From assembly GCA_032718475.1 (NCBI GenBank), contig JAUCBJ010008117.1, forward strand, positions 81,195 to 145,194: a DNA stretch of 64,000 nucleotides. The letters run 5' to 3'. This DNA comes from Nemertoderma westbladi (Eukaryota > Animalia > Xenacoelomorpha). The translations under genes were made by a program, and so were the position numbers. Positions 35,670 to 47,645 of this stretch are shown here, piece after piece. The notes below the pieces were generated by a model. That model made no database searches and was not told the DNA's origin. It saw nothing but the letters and a program-made list of their open reading frames with translations. Numbering within the stretch: position 1 is the stretch's first letter; each line of letters begins with the position of its first letter.

Positions 35670-35773
35670 GAAAAAATGAGAAAGCGCGTCACCGGAGGTT
35701 GAACCACCGCTATACGTACGTTTCTGCCTATCAGGCCTCATCAGTAGCGCTAACCAGTTCAGCCACTAGCCCC
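35670..35773 (-). ncRNA. tRNA-like Pol III unit containing a minimal type I hammerhead ribozyme (core 35708-35749)
   Basis: Minus strand reads GGGGCTAG TGGCTGAACTGG TTAG CGCTA CTGATGA GGCCT GAT AGGCA GAAA CGTACG TA TAGCG GT GGTTCAACCTCC ... TTTTTT. Confidence 0.65.
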
Positions 35774-35816
35774 TGATATTCACTATCCCACCTAATCCAC
35801 TTCTATTGAACAGGCA

Positions 35817-36079
35817 GTCTTAAGTTGCATATCTTCAATTCATATCTCCAATTCTTTTATTTATAAATTAATACTATTTAAGAAATTATTTAATACTAAT
35901 CATAATATTATGTTTTGATGAATAAAATATAAAAAAAATATGTTTCAATATGTTTGGGGGAGTAAGTGTTAAAACTTAGTAATATTATGATTAGTATTAA
36001 ATAATTTCTTAAATATTATTAATTTATAAATAAATGAATTGGAGATATGAATTGAAGATATGATATGCAACTTGAGACT
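35817..36079. repeat. ~95-bp inverted repeat
   Basis: 35817-35910 mirrors 35980-36079. Confidence 0.85.
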
Positions 36080-36639
36080 ATTAAGCCCCACCACTGTGAA
36101 TTACTGCCATGGGAAAAAATTATTTTGGATACATGTGATATCGAGGACCGTCACGATTCTGTTGAAAGTTCTAATTTTTTATTTTGTTAGCTAGTATTTT
36201 TAAAAATTTGCCCTAATTCGGTCCTAAATGGACACCAAAGACGACTTCAGTAAACTCTGACCTACAGTGAATTAATTGTCACAAGTTACGAAACATTACA
36301 AACCTTATTTTCGGCTGTTAAATCATATTTTTTACTTGTTATTGCTCGAAGAATATGTACTAGAGCAGGTGGTACCGTTTCAATAAGATCAGGGTCAACA
36401 ATATTCTCCAGGTTAACGGCAATTACAAACTCCATCCCTTCAGTTTCTGATGAACATCCAGTAATATATTAAGATCAGAATAAATAACAATTGAAGGCAA
36501 TAGGTTCAATATTTCTATATCGGGTAAATTTCTTACGATATCACGAAATCAGCTGCAGATTTATTCTAGATTTTTTGATGGAAAACAATATGTTTGCTAT
36601 AGCGACGAAGGTTAGGCGGCTTCCTTTCGTGTTTTATTA

Positions 36640-39104
36640 TGTAGGAAAACTCTAGATAGCGCAATACTAACCTTGTAGGAACACTCTAGATAGCGCAATA
36701 CTAACCTTGTAGGAACACTCTAGATAGCGCAATACTAACCTTGTAGGAACACTATAGATAGCGCAATACTAACCTTGTAGGAACACTCTAGATAGCGCAA
36801 TACTAACCTTGTAGGAACACTCTAGATAGCGCAATACTAACCTTGTAGGAACACTATAGATAGCGCAATACTAACCTTGTAGGAACACTCTAGATAGCGC
36901 AATACTAACCTTGTAGGAACACTCTAGATAGCGTAATACTAACCTTGTAGGAACACTCTAGATAGCGCAATACTAACCTTGTAGGAACACTCTAGATAGC
37001 GCAATACTAACCTTGTAGGAACACTATAGATAGCGCAATACTAACCTTGTAGGAACACTATAGATAGCGCAATACTAACCTTGTAGGAACACTCTAGATA
37101 GCGCAATACTAACCTTGTAGGAACGGAACACTCTAGATAGCGCAATACTAACCTTGTAGGAACACTATAGATAGCGCAATACTAACCTTGTAGGAACACT
37201 CTAGATAGCGCAATACTAACCTTGTAGGAACACTCTAGATAGCGCAATACTAACCTTGTAGGAACACTCTAGATAGCGCAATACTAACCTTGTAGGAATA
37301 CTCTAGATAGCGCAATACTAACCTTGTAGGAACGGAACACTCTAGATAGCGCAATACTAACCATGTAGGAACACTTTAGATAGCGCAATACTAACCTTGT
37401 AGGAACACTCTAGATAGCGCAATACTAACCTTGTAGGAACACTCTAGATAGCGCAATACTAACCTTGTAGGAACACTATAGACAGCGCAATACTAACCTT
37501 GTAGGAACACTCTAGATAGCGCAATACTAACCTTGTAGGAACACTCTAGATAGCGCAATACTAACCTTGTAGGAACGGAACACTCTAGATAGCGCAATAC
37601 TAACCATGCAGGAACACTATAGATAGCGCAATACTAACCTTGTAGGAACACTCTAGATAGCGCAATACTAACCTTGTAGGAACACTCTAGATAGCGCAAT
37701 ACTAACCTTGTAGGAACACTATAGATAGCGCAATACTTACCTTGTAGGAACTCTATAGATAGCGCAATACTAACCTTGTAGGAACTCTATAGATAGCGCA
37801 ATACTAACCTTGTAGGAACACTATAGATAGCGCAATACTAACCTTGTAGGAACACTATAGATAGCGCAATACTAACCTTGTAGGAACACTCTAGATAGCG
37901 CAATACTAACCTTGTAGGAACACTCTAGATAGCGCAATACTAACTTTGTAGGAACACTATAGATAGCGCAATACTAACCTTGTAGGAACACTATAGATAG
38001 CGCAATACTAACCTTGTAGGAACACTCTAGATAGCGCAATACTAACCTTGTAGGAACTCTATAGATAGCGCAATACTAACCTTGTAGGAACACTCTAGAT
38101 AGCGCAATACTAACCTTGTAGGAACACTCTAGATAGCGCAATACTAACCTTGTAGGAACACTCTAGATAGCGCAATACTAACCTTGTAGGAACTCTATAG
38201 ATAGCGCAATACTAACCTTGTAGGAACACTCTAGATAGCGCAATACTAACCTTGTAGGAACACTATAGATAGCGCAATACTAACCTTGTAGGAACACTCT
38301 AGATAGCGCAATACTAACCTTGTAGGAACACTATAGATAGCGCAATACTAACCTTGTAGGAACACTGTAGATAGCGCAATACTAACCTTGTAGGAACACT
38401 ATAGATAGCGCAATACTAACCTTGTAGGAACACTCTAGATAGCGCAATACTAACCTTGTAGGAACTCTATAGATAGCGCAATACTAACCTTGTAGGAACA
38501 CTCTAGATAGCGCAATACTAACCTTGTAGGAACACTCTAGATAGCGCAATACTAACCTTGTAGGAACACTCTAGATAGCGCAATACTAACCTTGTAGGAA
38601 CTCTATAGATAGCGCAATACTAACCTTGTAGGAACACTCTAGATAGCGCAATACTAACTTTGTAGGAACACTATAGATAGCGCAATACTAACCTTGTAGG
38701 AACACTATAGATAGCGCAATACTAACCTTGTAGGAACACTCTAGATAGCGCAATACTAACCTTGTAGGAACTCTATAGATAGCGCAATACTAACCTTGTA
38801 GGAACACTCTAGATAGCGCAATACTAACCTTGTAGGAACACTCTAGATAGCGCAATACTAACCTTGTAGGAACACTCTAGATAGCGCAATACTAACCTTG
38901 TAGGAACTCTATAGATAGCGCAATACTAACCTTGTAGGAACACTCTAGATAGCGCAATACTAACCTTGTAGGAACACTATAGATAGCGCAATACTAACCT
39001 TGTAGGAACACTCTAGATAGCGCAATACTAACCTTGTAGGAACACTATAGATAGCGCAATACTAACCTTGTAGGAACACTGTAGATAGCGCAATACTAAC
39101 CTTG
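36640..39104. repeat. 34-bp satellite, ~72 highly homogeneous copies
   Basis: Unit TGTAGGAACACT(C/A)TAGATAGCGCAATACTAACCT, with no spacers. Confidence 0.98.
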
Positions 39105-39429
39105 CGGCGTACTTCACTCATCGGTTGTTGGTATTAATATATGTTTATGCATATATGATAATGTTTAGTATGGGGGAATATTTGATGTTTTTAAACTGAA
39201 GAAATAAGTTAATTTAATTCAAAGAACAATAACTGTGCTGTGCATGTATTGTGAACAATTGGAAAAATAAATTACTTAAAATATAATAAATAAATGCAAT
39301 TCAACAAGAATCTGACATCCCTAAAAAACTTAACTGCAATTATATTTGTTGCGAATAAAAGTAAAAGTTAAATAAATTGCGTCTGTTTAGCTTATGTGTC
39401 ACAAGTGGCTATCGATTGGGACACGGAAG

Positions 39430-41028
39430 TTATTCGCGTTTCTCTTTCTCCTCGGACTCGGGGGTATAAGAGATCCCGTACTCGTTGTACCTCGTCTTAT
39501 CCACGGGATACAACCACCGCTGGTAAAGGAAGACCACAAAGACTACGTCGTCACGGAAACACGCGATCCTATGGGCGGTAGGCATGGTAATGATAAACGC
39601 GAAGAGGTCGTCAATGAAGGTGTTAAAGGCTTTGTAGCCAAGGGCTCTCCAGGGGAGATGAGCGACAGAGCGGAGTTTATAGTTGACGAACAGCTGCGGG
39701 AGCATGAAGAGGAAGCCGAAAGCGTAGACGCCGTTAACGAGGCACTGGATGGACCAGGAGTACCAACTCTTATGGGGGACAAAGTAGAGGGAGTAGAGAG
39801 ATCCGGCGAGACACAAGGGAACGAGAGCGATGGAGAGGTACCGCATAGCGTGCGAGTCGAATCCGTCAGTAGTCAACTCCTCAGCGCTGTAGGAGCCCAG
39901 CGTGAGTCTGGGAAGCAGGCCGACCCAACGGATGGTCACCTTGAAGGCCTTGGAGAGTTTCCAGAACTCTATGAAGACGCCGATGGCGAAGGGGTAGCGG
40001 ATGAGCGCGCTGGTCTGCTGATCCTGGAGGTAGAGGAGCACGACGACCGAGCTGAAAGCTCGCCAGATGAGCGTGCGAGACGATAACCCTACCATGGAGT
40101 CCCTGGAGCGCCAGAAGGAGACGTCGTTCTTGAATGCGAGGAAATCGAAGAGAAGATGGAGGACGGAGATGACGACCGTGACGAAGAGTAGGTAGACGTT
40201 TGTGTCGGACATGAGTCCACGGACCTCGTCTAGATCGCGGTCCCCGAACCCCAGATCACGCAGATTCGACATGCTCTGTAGGATCTGCGAGTGAAGACGC
40301 AACTTCCCTAACGTTATAGGGGAGAAACTCAAAGACAACTGCATAGTCTCGGCATCGTCTACGACAACTAGGTCCTTCACCTTGACTCCCAGTTCGTTTA
40401 TGTAGACGAGCGGGAGGTAGGAGCCCTCCGGGGTGAGTTGGAACCGGCGGTAGAGTTCCGAGGGGATTCCGTTCCGATGGAACACGTGATTACGGTCCAT
40501 CACGTGCACCGATAGTCGCGGCTTCCAGTGCGTGGTCGTGGCGTTGTTGGGCTTCCCGACGGAGGTCTCTTCCGCGTCCCCGAGGAGGTTCATCGAGACG
40601 AGTTGGCGCTCGGTGTGCTGCGTCAACGGGGACCACGTGTATCCGCTGTACCGGTTCCCGAAGGGGCTGCTCCCAACTGGGTGGAGGAACACGTGCAGGT
40701 ACATGGATCCGTTATCCCGGGTAGATGGAGGTATAGCAACATCCAGCACTTCCTCGAAACTCGAATGCAAATCGAATTCCTTTATGCCCAGGAGTTTATT
40801 GAGTTCGTTTCTAGTCACTCCAGATTTGGGATGTTTCGTGGAAGTATAGAGGGACAACTGTAGGGCAGGGGCTGCGCTCAGGTATGGGGGTAGACAGACT
40901 GGCGCCTTCGGGTCCGGGCATTCTTCCGGGTAGAATATACCGTAGAGACCGTAAAGGGTATAAACCAAGTACGTAGTGGCGAGTCCGCAAACAGCTACTG
41001 TAAACCACGGAAATTTTCCGACTCCCAT
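39430..41028 (-). CDS. CLPTM1L: Lipid scramblase CLPTM1L (532 aa, single exon)
   Basis: FDFLAFKNDVSFW; NGVYAFGFLFMLPQLFVNYKLRSVAHLPW; YKAFNTFIDDLFAFIITMPTAHRIACFRDD; YQRWLYPVDK. These are CLPTM1L-type rather than CLPTM1-type residues. ATG to stop is uninterrupted. Confidence 0.95.
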   Translation of the reverse strand: MGVGKFPWFTVAVCGLATTYLVYTLYGLYGIFYPEECPDPKAPVCLPPYLSAAPALQLSLYTSTKHPKSGVTRNELNKLLGIKEFDLHSSFEEVLDVAIPPSTRDNGSMYLHVFLHPVGSSPFGNRYSGYTWSPLTQHTERQLVSMNLLGDAEETSVGKPNNATTTHWKPRLSVHVMDRNHVFHRNGIPSELYRRFQLTPEGSYLPLVYINELGVKVKDLVVVDDAETMQLSLSFSPITLGKLRLHSQILQSMSNLRDLGFGDRDLDEVRGLMSDTNVYLLFVTVVISVLHLLFDFLAFKNDVSFWRSRDSMVGLSSRTLIWRAFSSVVVLLYLQDQQTSALIRYPFAIGVFIEFWKLSKAFKVTIRWVGLLPRLTLGSYSAEELTTDGFDSHAMRYLSIALVPLCLAGSLYSLYFVPHKSWYSWSIQCLVNGVYAFGFLFMLPQLFVNYKLRSVAHLPWRALGYKAFNTFIDDLFAFIITMPTAHRIACFRDDVVFVVFLYQRWLYPVDKTRYNEYGISYTPESEEKEKRE

Positions 41029-41339
41029 ATTTGTATTACTATAGGCCTATTGCTTTGTCATTTACTAACTTACTGCATTACTGATGCTGTAGGCCTAGGC
41101 CTAATGTACTTTGTCACCACTTGCTGACTTGAAACAGTACAATGGTGCTATAGGCTGATAGGCCACATAGGCTGATAGGCTTAGTACATTACAGCATTAA
41201 TCTACAGTATGGCGGTACGTTTACTACAGTATACTGATACTATCATATATACGATAGTCCTACCGGTAACTGAAAGTGAACGGAGCTTATGCAGTTATGA
41301 CTGTATGATGTTATGCCAGCTTTCAATCTGTATTCAGGC

Positions 41340-42732
41340 TAGCTTCTCTTCACCCAGTCGCAGTGTAACCGGTTTCTCAAACGGCAGTGATTTTTTATGT
41401 CCTTTTATTTGACTTTTTTGTCCTCCTTTTTTTACGAATTGTGCATAATGACTTTTGTTGTCCTTTTAATGACTTTTGTTGTCCTTTTAATGACTTTTTA
41501 TGTATGTATTTCTTCAAACTGTCAGACCGCTGATTTCTGGACTGTCAGACAGTTGATTTCAACATGCCTATACCAAAACATTCAACATTTTTGTAGATTT
41601 CTGGTCTGTCGGGCAGTTGGTTTCACTATGCCTGTGCCAAAACATTCCATGATTCCATGATTTATAGACTATGAGATAGAATTCCATATGCGCCTGTGGT
41701 AAAAGACTCTAAATTTAATAGTTTGTGGTTGTTGTCGATAATCGATTACCACATGACGTAGCAAAACACTCATTTTATAGCCAAAAACAATTACCAATTG
41801 ATGGAAAGGAGCAGGTTAAGGCCGGATTTTCTAACCAAAACAATAAACAGTCACTTTACCAAATCAGGGAAAGGAGCAGGTTACAGAGGCGGGATTTTCT
41901 AACCAAAACAATAAACGATCATTTAACTAATTGAGGGAAAGGAGCAGGTTACAGAGACGGGATTTTCTAACCAAAACAATAAACGATAACATTACCAATT
42001 GAGAGAAAGGAACAGGTTACAGAGGCGGATTTTCTAACCAAAACAAGTCACTTTACCAAGTCAGGGAAAGGAGCAGGTTACAGAGACGGGATTTTCTAAC
42101 CAAACAATAAACGATAACATTACCAATTGGGAGAAAGGAGCAGGTTACAGAGGCGGGATTTCCTAACCAAAACAATAAACGATCACTTAATTAATTGAGG
42201 GAAAGGGGCAGGTTACAGAGGCGGGATTTTCTAACCAAAACAATAAACAGTCACTTTACAAAATGAAGGAAAGGAGCAGGTTACAGAGGCGGGCCTTTCT
42301 AACCAAAACAATAAACGGTCACTTTACCAAATCAGGCAAAGGAGCAGGTTACAGATGAGGCGAGATTTTCTAACCAAAACAACCGGTTAGCCGGTAGGCC
42401 TACCAGTACCGTATTTAAATGGTAGGCTACACAGTAGGCCTACAGCAGTACCGGTGCCGGTACCGGTACTAAAATACAGAAATGCCTGCTTTATACCTAC
42501 ATCTGTACATACAATACAGCAAAATAGTGCTATATATACTAATACCGGTACTGATAGCCTGAGAGAACAGCAGTAGAGAAACCGGTAGCATGGAACCTAA
42601 CATTAGATTTTTGGAGGACATAAAAAATAAAAAAAAAGGACAAAAAAAGGATTTAAACGGACAATAAAAATTATTGCGTTCTCAAACTAGGTTGAGATCC
42701 GTTCTTACTGCGAAACTGGTTTAGCGAAACTA
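41340..42732. mobile_element. Non-autonomous TIR element hosting a minisatellite
   Basis: TAGCTTCTCTTCACCCAGTCGCAGTGTAACCGGTTTCTCAA... is mirrored imperfectly by ...TTGAGATCCGTTCTTACTGCGAAACTGGTTTAGCGAAACTA, with TTTTGTCC/GGACAAAA subterminal repeats. Confidence 0.55.
41803..42381. repeat. ~65-68-bp minisatellite, ~9 copies
   Basis: Unit GGAAAGGAGCAGGTTACAGAGGCGGGATTTTCTAACCAAAACAATAAAC... Confidence 0.9.
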
Positions 42733-43769
42733 CAGTACAGTTGTAGTACTGAATGTATAACTTCAAGCTATTTTAATTTAAGAAGGCATAAAGTACACGG
42801 GGATCAAGCAAGCTTAGCGGCAGTATGATGTCATTTATTGTGAAAATACAAACGAATAGTAAAAAAAAAAAAAAATAGATGAACTGCAGAACTGCGAACG
42901 CTAACTGTGGGGCGAGCCATGTAGTTTAGCATACAGTTTACTACGGGTGAATTTACTGTAAAATTTACTGTGATGTGTTAATATAAGTTTAGCATACAGT
43001 TTACTACGGGTGAATTTACTGTAAAATTTAAACTGTAAAAATGTGATAATATGTTAATTTGGGCTCTAGTAACTCCAAACACCCAAACCCAGTAAAGGGA
43101 GAAATACGCACTGTTGTCACCGAAACCGGCCATTTTCCTGATGGCCCCATGGGCCAATTCGTAATTTTTTGATGAGTCAGAAATTAGTTTTCTTTGCGGC
43201 ATTCTTGTGAACAACAGGCCTGGTAACTGCGTGAAACCGGTGGAAAACTTATACTTTAACCTATACATAGATATACTGTAATAGACTACACCCACCAAGC
43301 ACCAAATCAATAAGCCGCTTACTTCACCCATCGCACTCCACCCCATCCTTACTCCTCATCCACTATAACGCACTCTCTACCCACCCCATTACTCCATTCC
43401 ATTTCTCTTCAATCTTCCAGCACCCCAACCTCACCCTACCCTACCACACATCCTCACCCAAAATCACATTAAGCCATACACTTCCACCCATTAGTGTAGC
43501 AGTGCAGCAGGTGGCATTCGACATAGTTTTCGCATAAATATATTGACTCATTGAGGTATATATACCGTAGTAGGCCTATCACTTTACGATTCACCAGTCA
43601 CTTTCACACAAAATATGTAAAAATACTATTTTATATTATGTTGATGACAGTTTAAATATGGTAGTTTGCGTTATATTATCAGCGTATTATTAGGAATTAC
43701 TACTACAACTAAGGTAAGCCGCTACATTATTTATCTACACCGGCGCGGTTGCCAGGCCTGGCAACCATT

Positions 43770-44045
43770 GCACCCGGCGCCACAATAATACCCACTGCAC
43801 CCGCTGCCCCAACAATACCCACTCCCCGTGGCGCCCCAACAATACCCACTGCACCCGGCGCTCCAACAATACCCACTCCCCGTGGCGCCCCAACAATACC
43901 CACTGCCCGTGACGCCCCAACAATACCCCACCCACTGCCTTGACGCCCCAACAATACCCACTCACAGTGGCGCCCCAATAATACTCACTGACCCCGGGGC
44001 CCCAATAATACCCAATACAAGTGGCGCCCCAATAATACCCACTAG
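43770..44045. repeat. 27-bp GC-rich minisatellite, ~10 copies
   Basis: Unit GCCCCAACAATACCCACTCCCCGTGGC. Confidence 0.9.
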
Positions 44046-44797
44046 ACATAACCTAACTCAAGAACCTATCCCTAATTGTATTGATATTGTAAATTGATAA
44101 TTGTATTGTTGGAACTGTTACGCGATTAAGCTGCGGGATCATCTTTGTGTTAAATTAATCCTTAATCCTTATACGTGGATGTGTTTGTGTATAATATGAA
44201 GACGACGACGATGGCGACGCTATGCTAAGGCTCACCTGGACTTAGTATACGTCTCAGAGTGCTTTGTGTTGTTGCTAAATTAGGCCCGCCGAACAATAGA
44301 GATGCAAGATGCACGATGCAAGATGCAAATTTTTTTTTAGAATACATTATTTCCTATCAGACCACGCACACTTGAGATGCAAGATGCGAAAAAGGATATC
44401 CTCGATGTTCTGTTTTTGGATCTTGCATCTTGTATCTCGAATTATAGAATACATGGTAGACTATGGGCGGCCGTACACTAGAGATGCAAGATGCATGATA
44501 AATTCTAATTTTGAAATATATATTAAAAAATGTCATCAAAGGCAGCCGCCAATCCTCCCTATATCATAATGTAGTTCAATGACCAGTTGGTTGGTTCAAT
44601 GTTGATTGATTGTATGTTGATTTGATACATGTCGAATAATGCCGGGGGTGGGTTTATGTTATTACCGCGTAGGTAAGGCAGAGATTTATATAAGAAAATA
44701 TCTGATTTATTCTTCTCAGATCCCAGTAGGTGTATGTCTGTTATACGTTTTTTTAAACAATATATTTTACATTTACGATATATTCAATATTCAAACC

Positions 44798-46550
44798 ATG
44801 CCTATTACTTGGGATATCGGTAATACCGAAAAATTAATAAATCTTGTTCAAGAGAGAGAGGAATTATATAATCACGGACTACCTAATTTATAAGGACCAG
44901 GACCATCACTGGAGTGATATTGGGAAAATATTAAATATACCAGGTAAGTCAGTAAGTACTGTAGCACTGATAAAGTTAGTTGTGCAATATACAGTAGTTT
45001 GTTAAATTTGTGGCAATTATTAACAACAATAAAACATAAACGTTTTACAAAAACAATTTAAATTGTTGTGTGCGTTGGTTTAATATGAGCGTAGTCATCC
45101 TGCCATGGCAAAGATCCATCAGTGGACGTGAAGTAATCTGCGATGTTATCACGAGCAACCATGGCGTCGGTCGAGGGCCGGCCATTGAGTAGTCGCGCAT
45201 TGGTTTGGAATTCAGAGTCTAAATTATATCTTGACTGTTTTTGAGGAATATTTGTGTCATACTCCACACCATCACGTCGCCGCACGAAGTTGTGCAATAC
45301 ACAGCAAGCTTTAACAATATTGACTGCCGTTCTTGGTTGTACAGTCATAGCGGTATGAAGTACACGGAACTTAGATGCCATCATCCCAATACCACATTCA
45401 ATAGTACGCCGTGCACGAGAATGACGGTAATTGTATATTCGTCGCCTATCAGTCAAATTTCTTCCAGGATAGGGACGCATTAGATTTGGAGTAATGGATA
45501 AATTTCATCACCTATGGAAACGTTTGGGATGGATATATTCTTTCGAACTTTGGGAGGTCCTTTACATTGAATTTCATAGTCTCTTGCTTCAGGTATGGGA
45601 ATTTTCCCTTGTGCCAAAGCTTTACCAAAGCTAGAGTGTTTAAGTACTCCTGGATCGATTGGTTGGAGTTGCTTCCAAAGCGCACAACACACTTCTAATA
45701 CAATCTTCCCAATGGTTGTTGCCCCCATTCGCAACTGGTAATGGAGAGATACGTATGATTCACCTGTTGCCAGGTATCTGTAATAAAATTCATATATTAT
45801 GTGGTTTCATAATAATTAAAAAAAAATAATATTATTATTATTATATTCTTTCAGGTAAAGAAGCTAAATTAAAATGGCACAAATTAAGAAGTTCGTTCGC
45901 TCGCAGCCTGAAGGAAGATTCACTGGCACCCAGCTGATCAATGGCAAAAAAAGAAGAAAGCCTGGCACCTCACGGATCAGCTAAGGTTCATCGCGCCCAA
46001 CATGAAGCATAATTCCATGGCGGGCAATTTTGGTGATACGTCTGCTTCTGAGAGGGTTGAAGAAAGTTAGGTTGATATAGTGGGAGTGAACCAGAATTAC
46101 AGGATGAATTTATAAATAGGTCAGCCAACGTCAGCAGTACAGCGTCGTCATTAATCGCTAGCGGAAGTGGAAAGAAAGGAAAAGGAATAAAGAGGAAAAA
46201 TGTCGCAGAAGCTTTAGTTACTTTTATTAAAGACCGATCGATACGAAAAGAAGAAGATCCAACACTGAGTTTTTTTTAAAGGACTGGAATTAAAGAAACT
46301 GACTGATAAGAATCTTCGAAAATTTAAGCAGCAATCGATGGCCATAATATCTGATACGCTTGATGACCAAGAACAGGAGGAAATTTCTCGCTCTCGAAAT
46401 TTGCTACCAATAGTAGATCTACCATACTCTTACCGTCATCAGTTTCAGTCTGGTAGTAGTTTAACCCAGCCTAACGATATTTACACGGACAACGCTGGCA
46501 CATATATGCATTTTAATAAGTATTTAGGACCTTGTTATACAACCAATTAA
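44798..46550 (+). pseudogene. Harbinger MADF/Myb-like accessory gene; exons 44798-44943 and 45855-~46550
   Basis: MPITWDIGNTEKLINLVQEREELYN...HWSDIGKILN | GKEAKLKWHKLRSSFARSLK...WHLTDQLRFI. Donor GTAAGT at 44944 and acceptor TTCTTTCAG at 45854; frameshifts and stops are present. Confidence 0.8.
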
Positions 46551-46906
46551 TATCTAATCAAAGAATTATTAGTGTGTGTTGCAACCGAATATTATAATAT
46601 ACTGTACCTCAGTTTTTCCTTCGCTCCAATCGCTTTTCGAAACTTGGTGCTACACTTTCGGATGTTTCCATCAATTTGGGACAAAAGCTCATCAAATGTA
46701 GCAATAATGGACATGCGAGTGTAATTCGCAAATTTCTGTGGATAATCTCGCAGTTGATAATATAACTTTGCCGTAACGCCAGCCACAGGTCTCTTGTAAT
46801 TTTATTGGATGTATCCATCCAATGCTCCCGTGAAATGAGGTTAGTTTGTTCCCACAACATATATGCAGTCAACAGTTTCAAGAACTTCATCATCACTGTC
46901 ATCCAT
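45058..46906 (-). pseudogene. Harbinger DDE transposase; exons 46906-46608 and 45777-45058
   Basis: MDDSDDE start, F.NYTRMS..TFDELL, R|YLATGESY across a GT-AG intron, IGDEIYPL, MRPYPG and YNYRHSRARRTIEC. The segment with the first catalytic Asp (GAIDG) is deleted. Confidence 0.88.
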
Positions 46907-47397
46907 TGAAATCAAGTGATACAGTATGTGGATGGTCAGGAAAAAAATGGGAAATACGACGCTGATATTGGAATATAATTTAAATGTAATAAATAAATAA
47001 CATAAAAGCCATCAATATATACTGTAAAATAAAATACGATGCATCTTGCATCTCTAGTGTACGTCGGGAATGATTTTTGCATCTTGCATCTTTCATCGTG
47101 CATCTTGCATCTCTAGTGCGCGGCGGGCCTTAGAAGCCACAGTTTTATGTGTTTATTTAAAGTTTTTGGGGATATTTACACCCTTTTGAATATAGATGAC
47201 ATCAATTTACCCTGGAGAGGGATGAATTTTTATTCCGTCCAAAATCAGACAATGGGTTACTTACGAGCAGACTGAAATGTTTACAGTCTGAAGCATCTTT
47301 AAAAATAGGTCTGCTATTCATGATGCCATTTGCCATTCACACACTAAAGCGGGATATTGAATTTACCAATGAGAAATCCTGTTTTTTATGACTCCAA

Positions 47398-47645
47398 GGT
47401 TCCACCTTGGTGTAGTGGTTGCATTGAATTCACATCTCCCGTAGGTCGTGGGTTCGATCCTCACATGCTTTAAAGGGACCAGCCAGGGCGCATCTCTGCC
47501 TTGCATCCTTAAGTGGTAGCTAAATGAGTACTGGAGTTTCCTCTGGGGAGTAAGTTCTAGGGGGACCGCACTGGAAATAAGTCGTCAGACTTTATGCGTA
47601 ATCCCTGGCCTAGCGTCCGAAGTAAATTTACTTTTTACTTTACTT
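47398..47645 (+). mobile_element. tRNA-derived SINE with Nin/Deu-like central domain
   Basis: A box TGGTGTAGTGG (47409), B box GGTTCGATCC (47451), GCCTTGCATCCTT...GGTAGCTAAATGAGTAC core and a (TTTAC)n tail. Confidence 0.75.

Larger units (their letters stand above)
44283..47129. mobile_element. PIF/Harbinger DNA transposon (defective)
   Basis: TIR GGCCCGCCG...AGAGATGCAAGATGCACGATG, TTA TSD at 44280-44282 and 47130-47132, and both transposase and MADF genes. Confidence 0.95.

Noticed and set aside
36640-39104. CRISPR-like array (34-bp repeats; also 26449-27375 and 9407-10207)
   Set aside because: The units are head-to-tail with no unique spacers, there are no cas genes, and the context is eukaryotic.
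39394-40086. 230-aa plus-strand ORF
   Set aside because: It is the antisense shadow of the GC-rich CLPTM1L CDS and has no recognisable motifs.
43727-44097. Collagen-, elastin- or mucin-like ORFs in several frames
   Set aside because: A 27-bp minisatellite is open in most frames, with no gene context.
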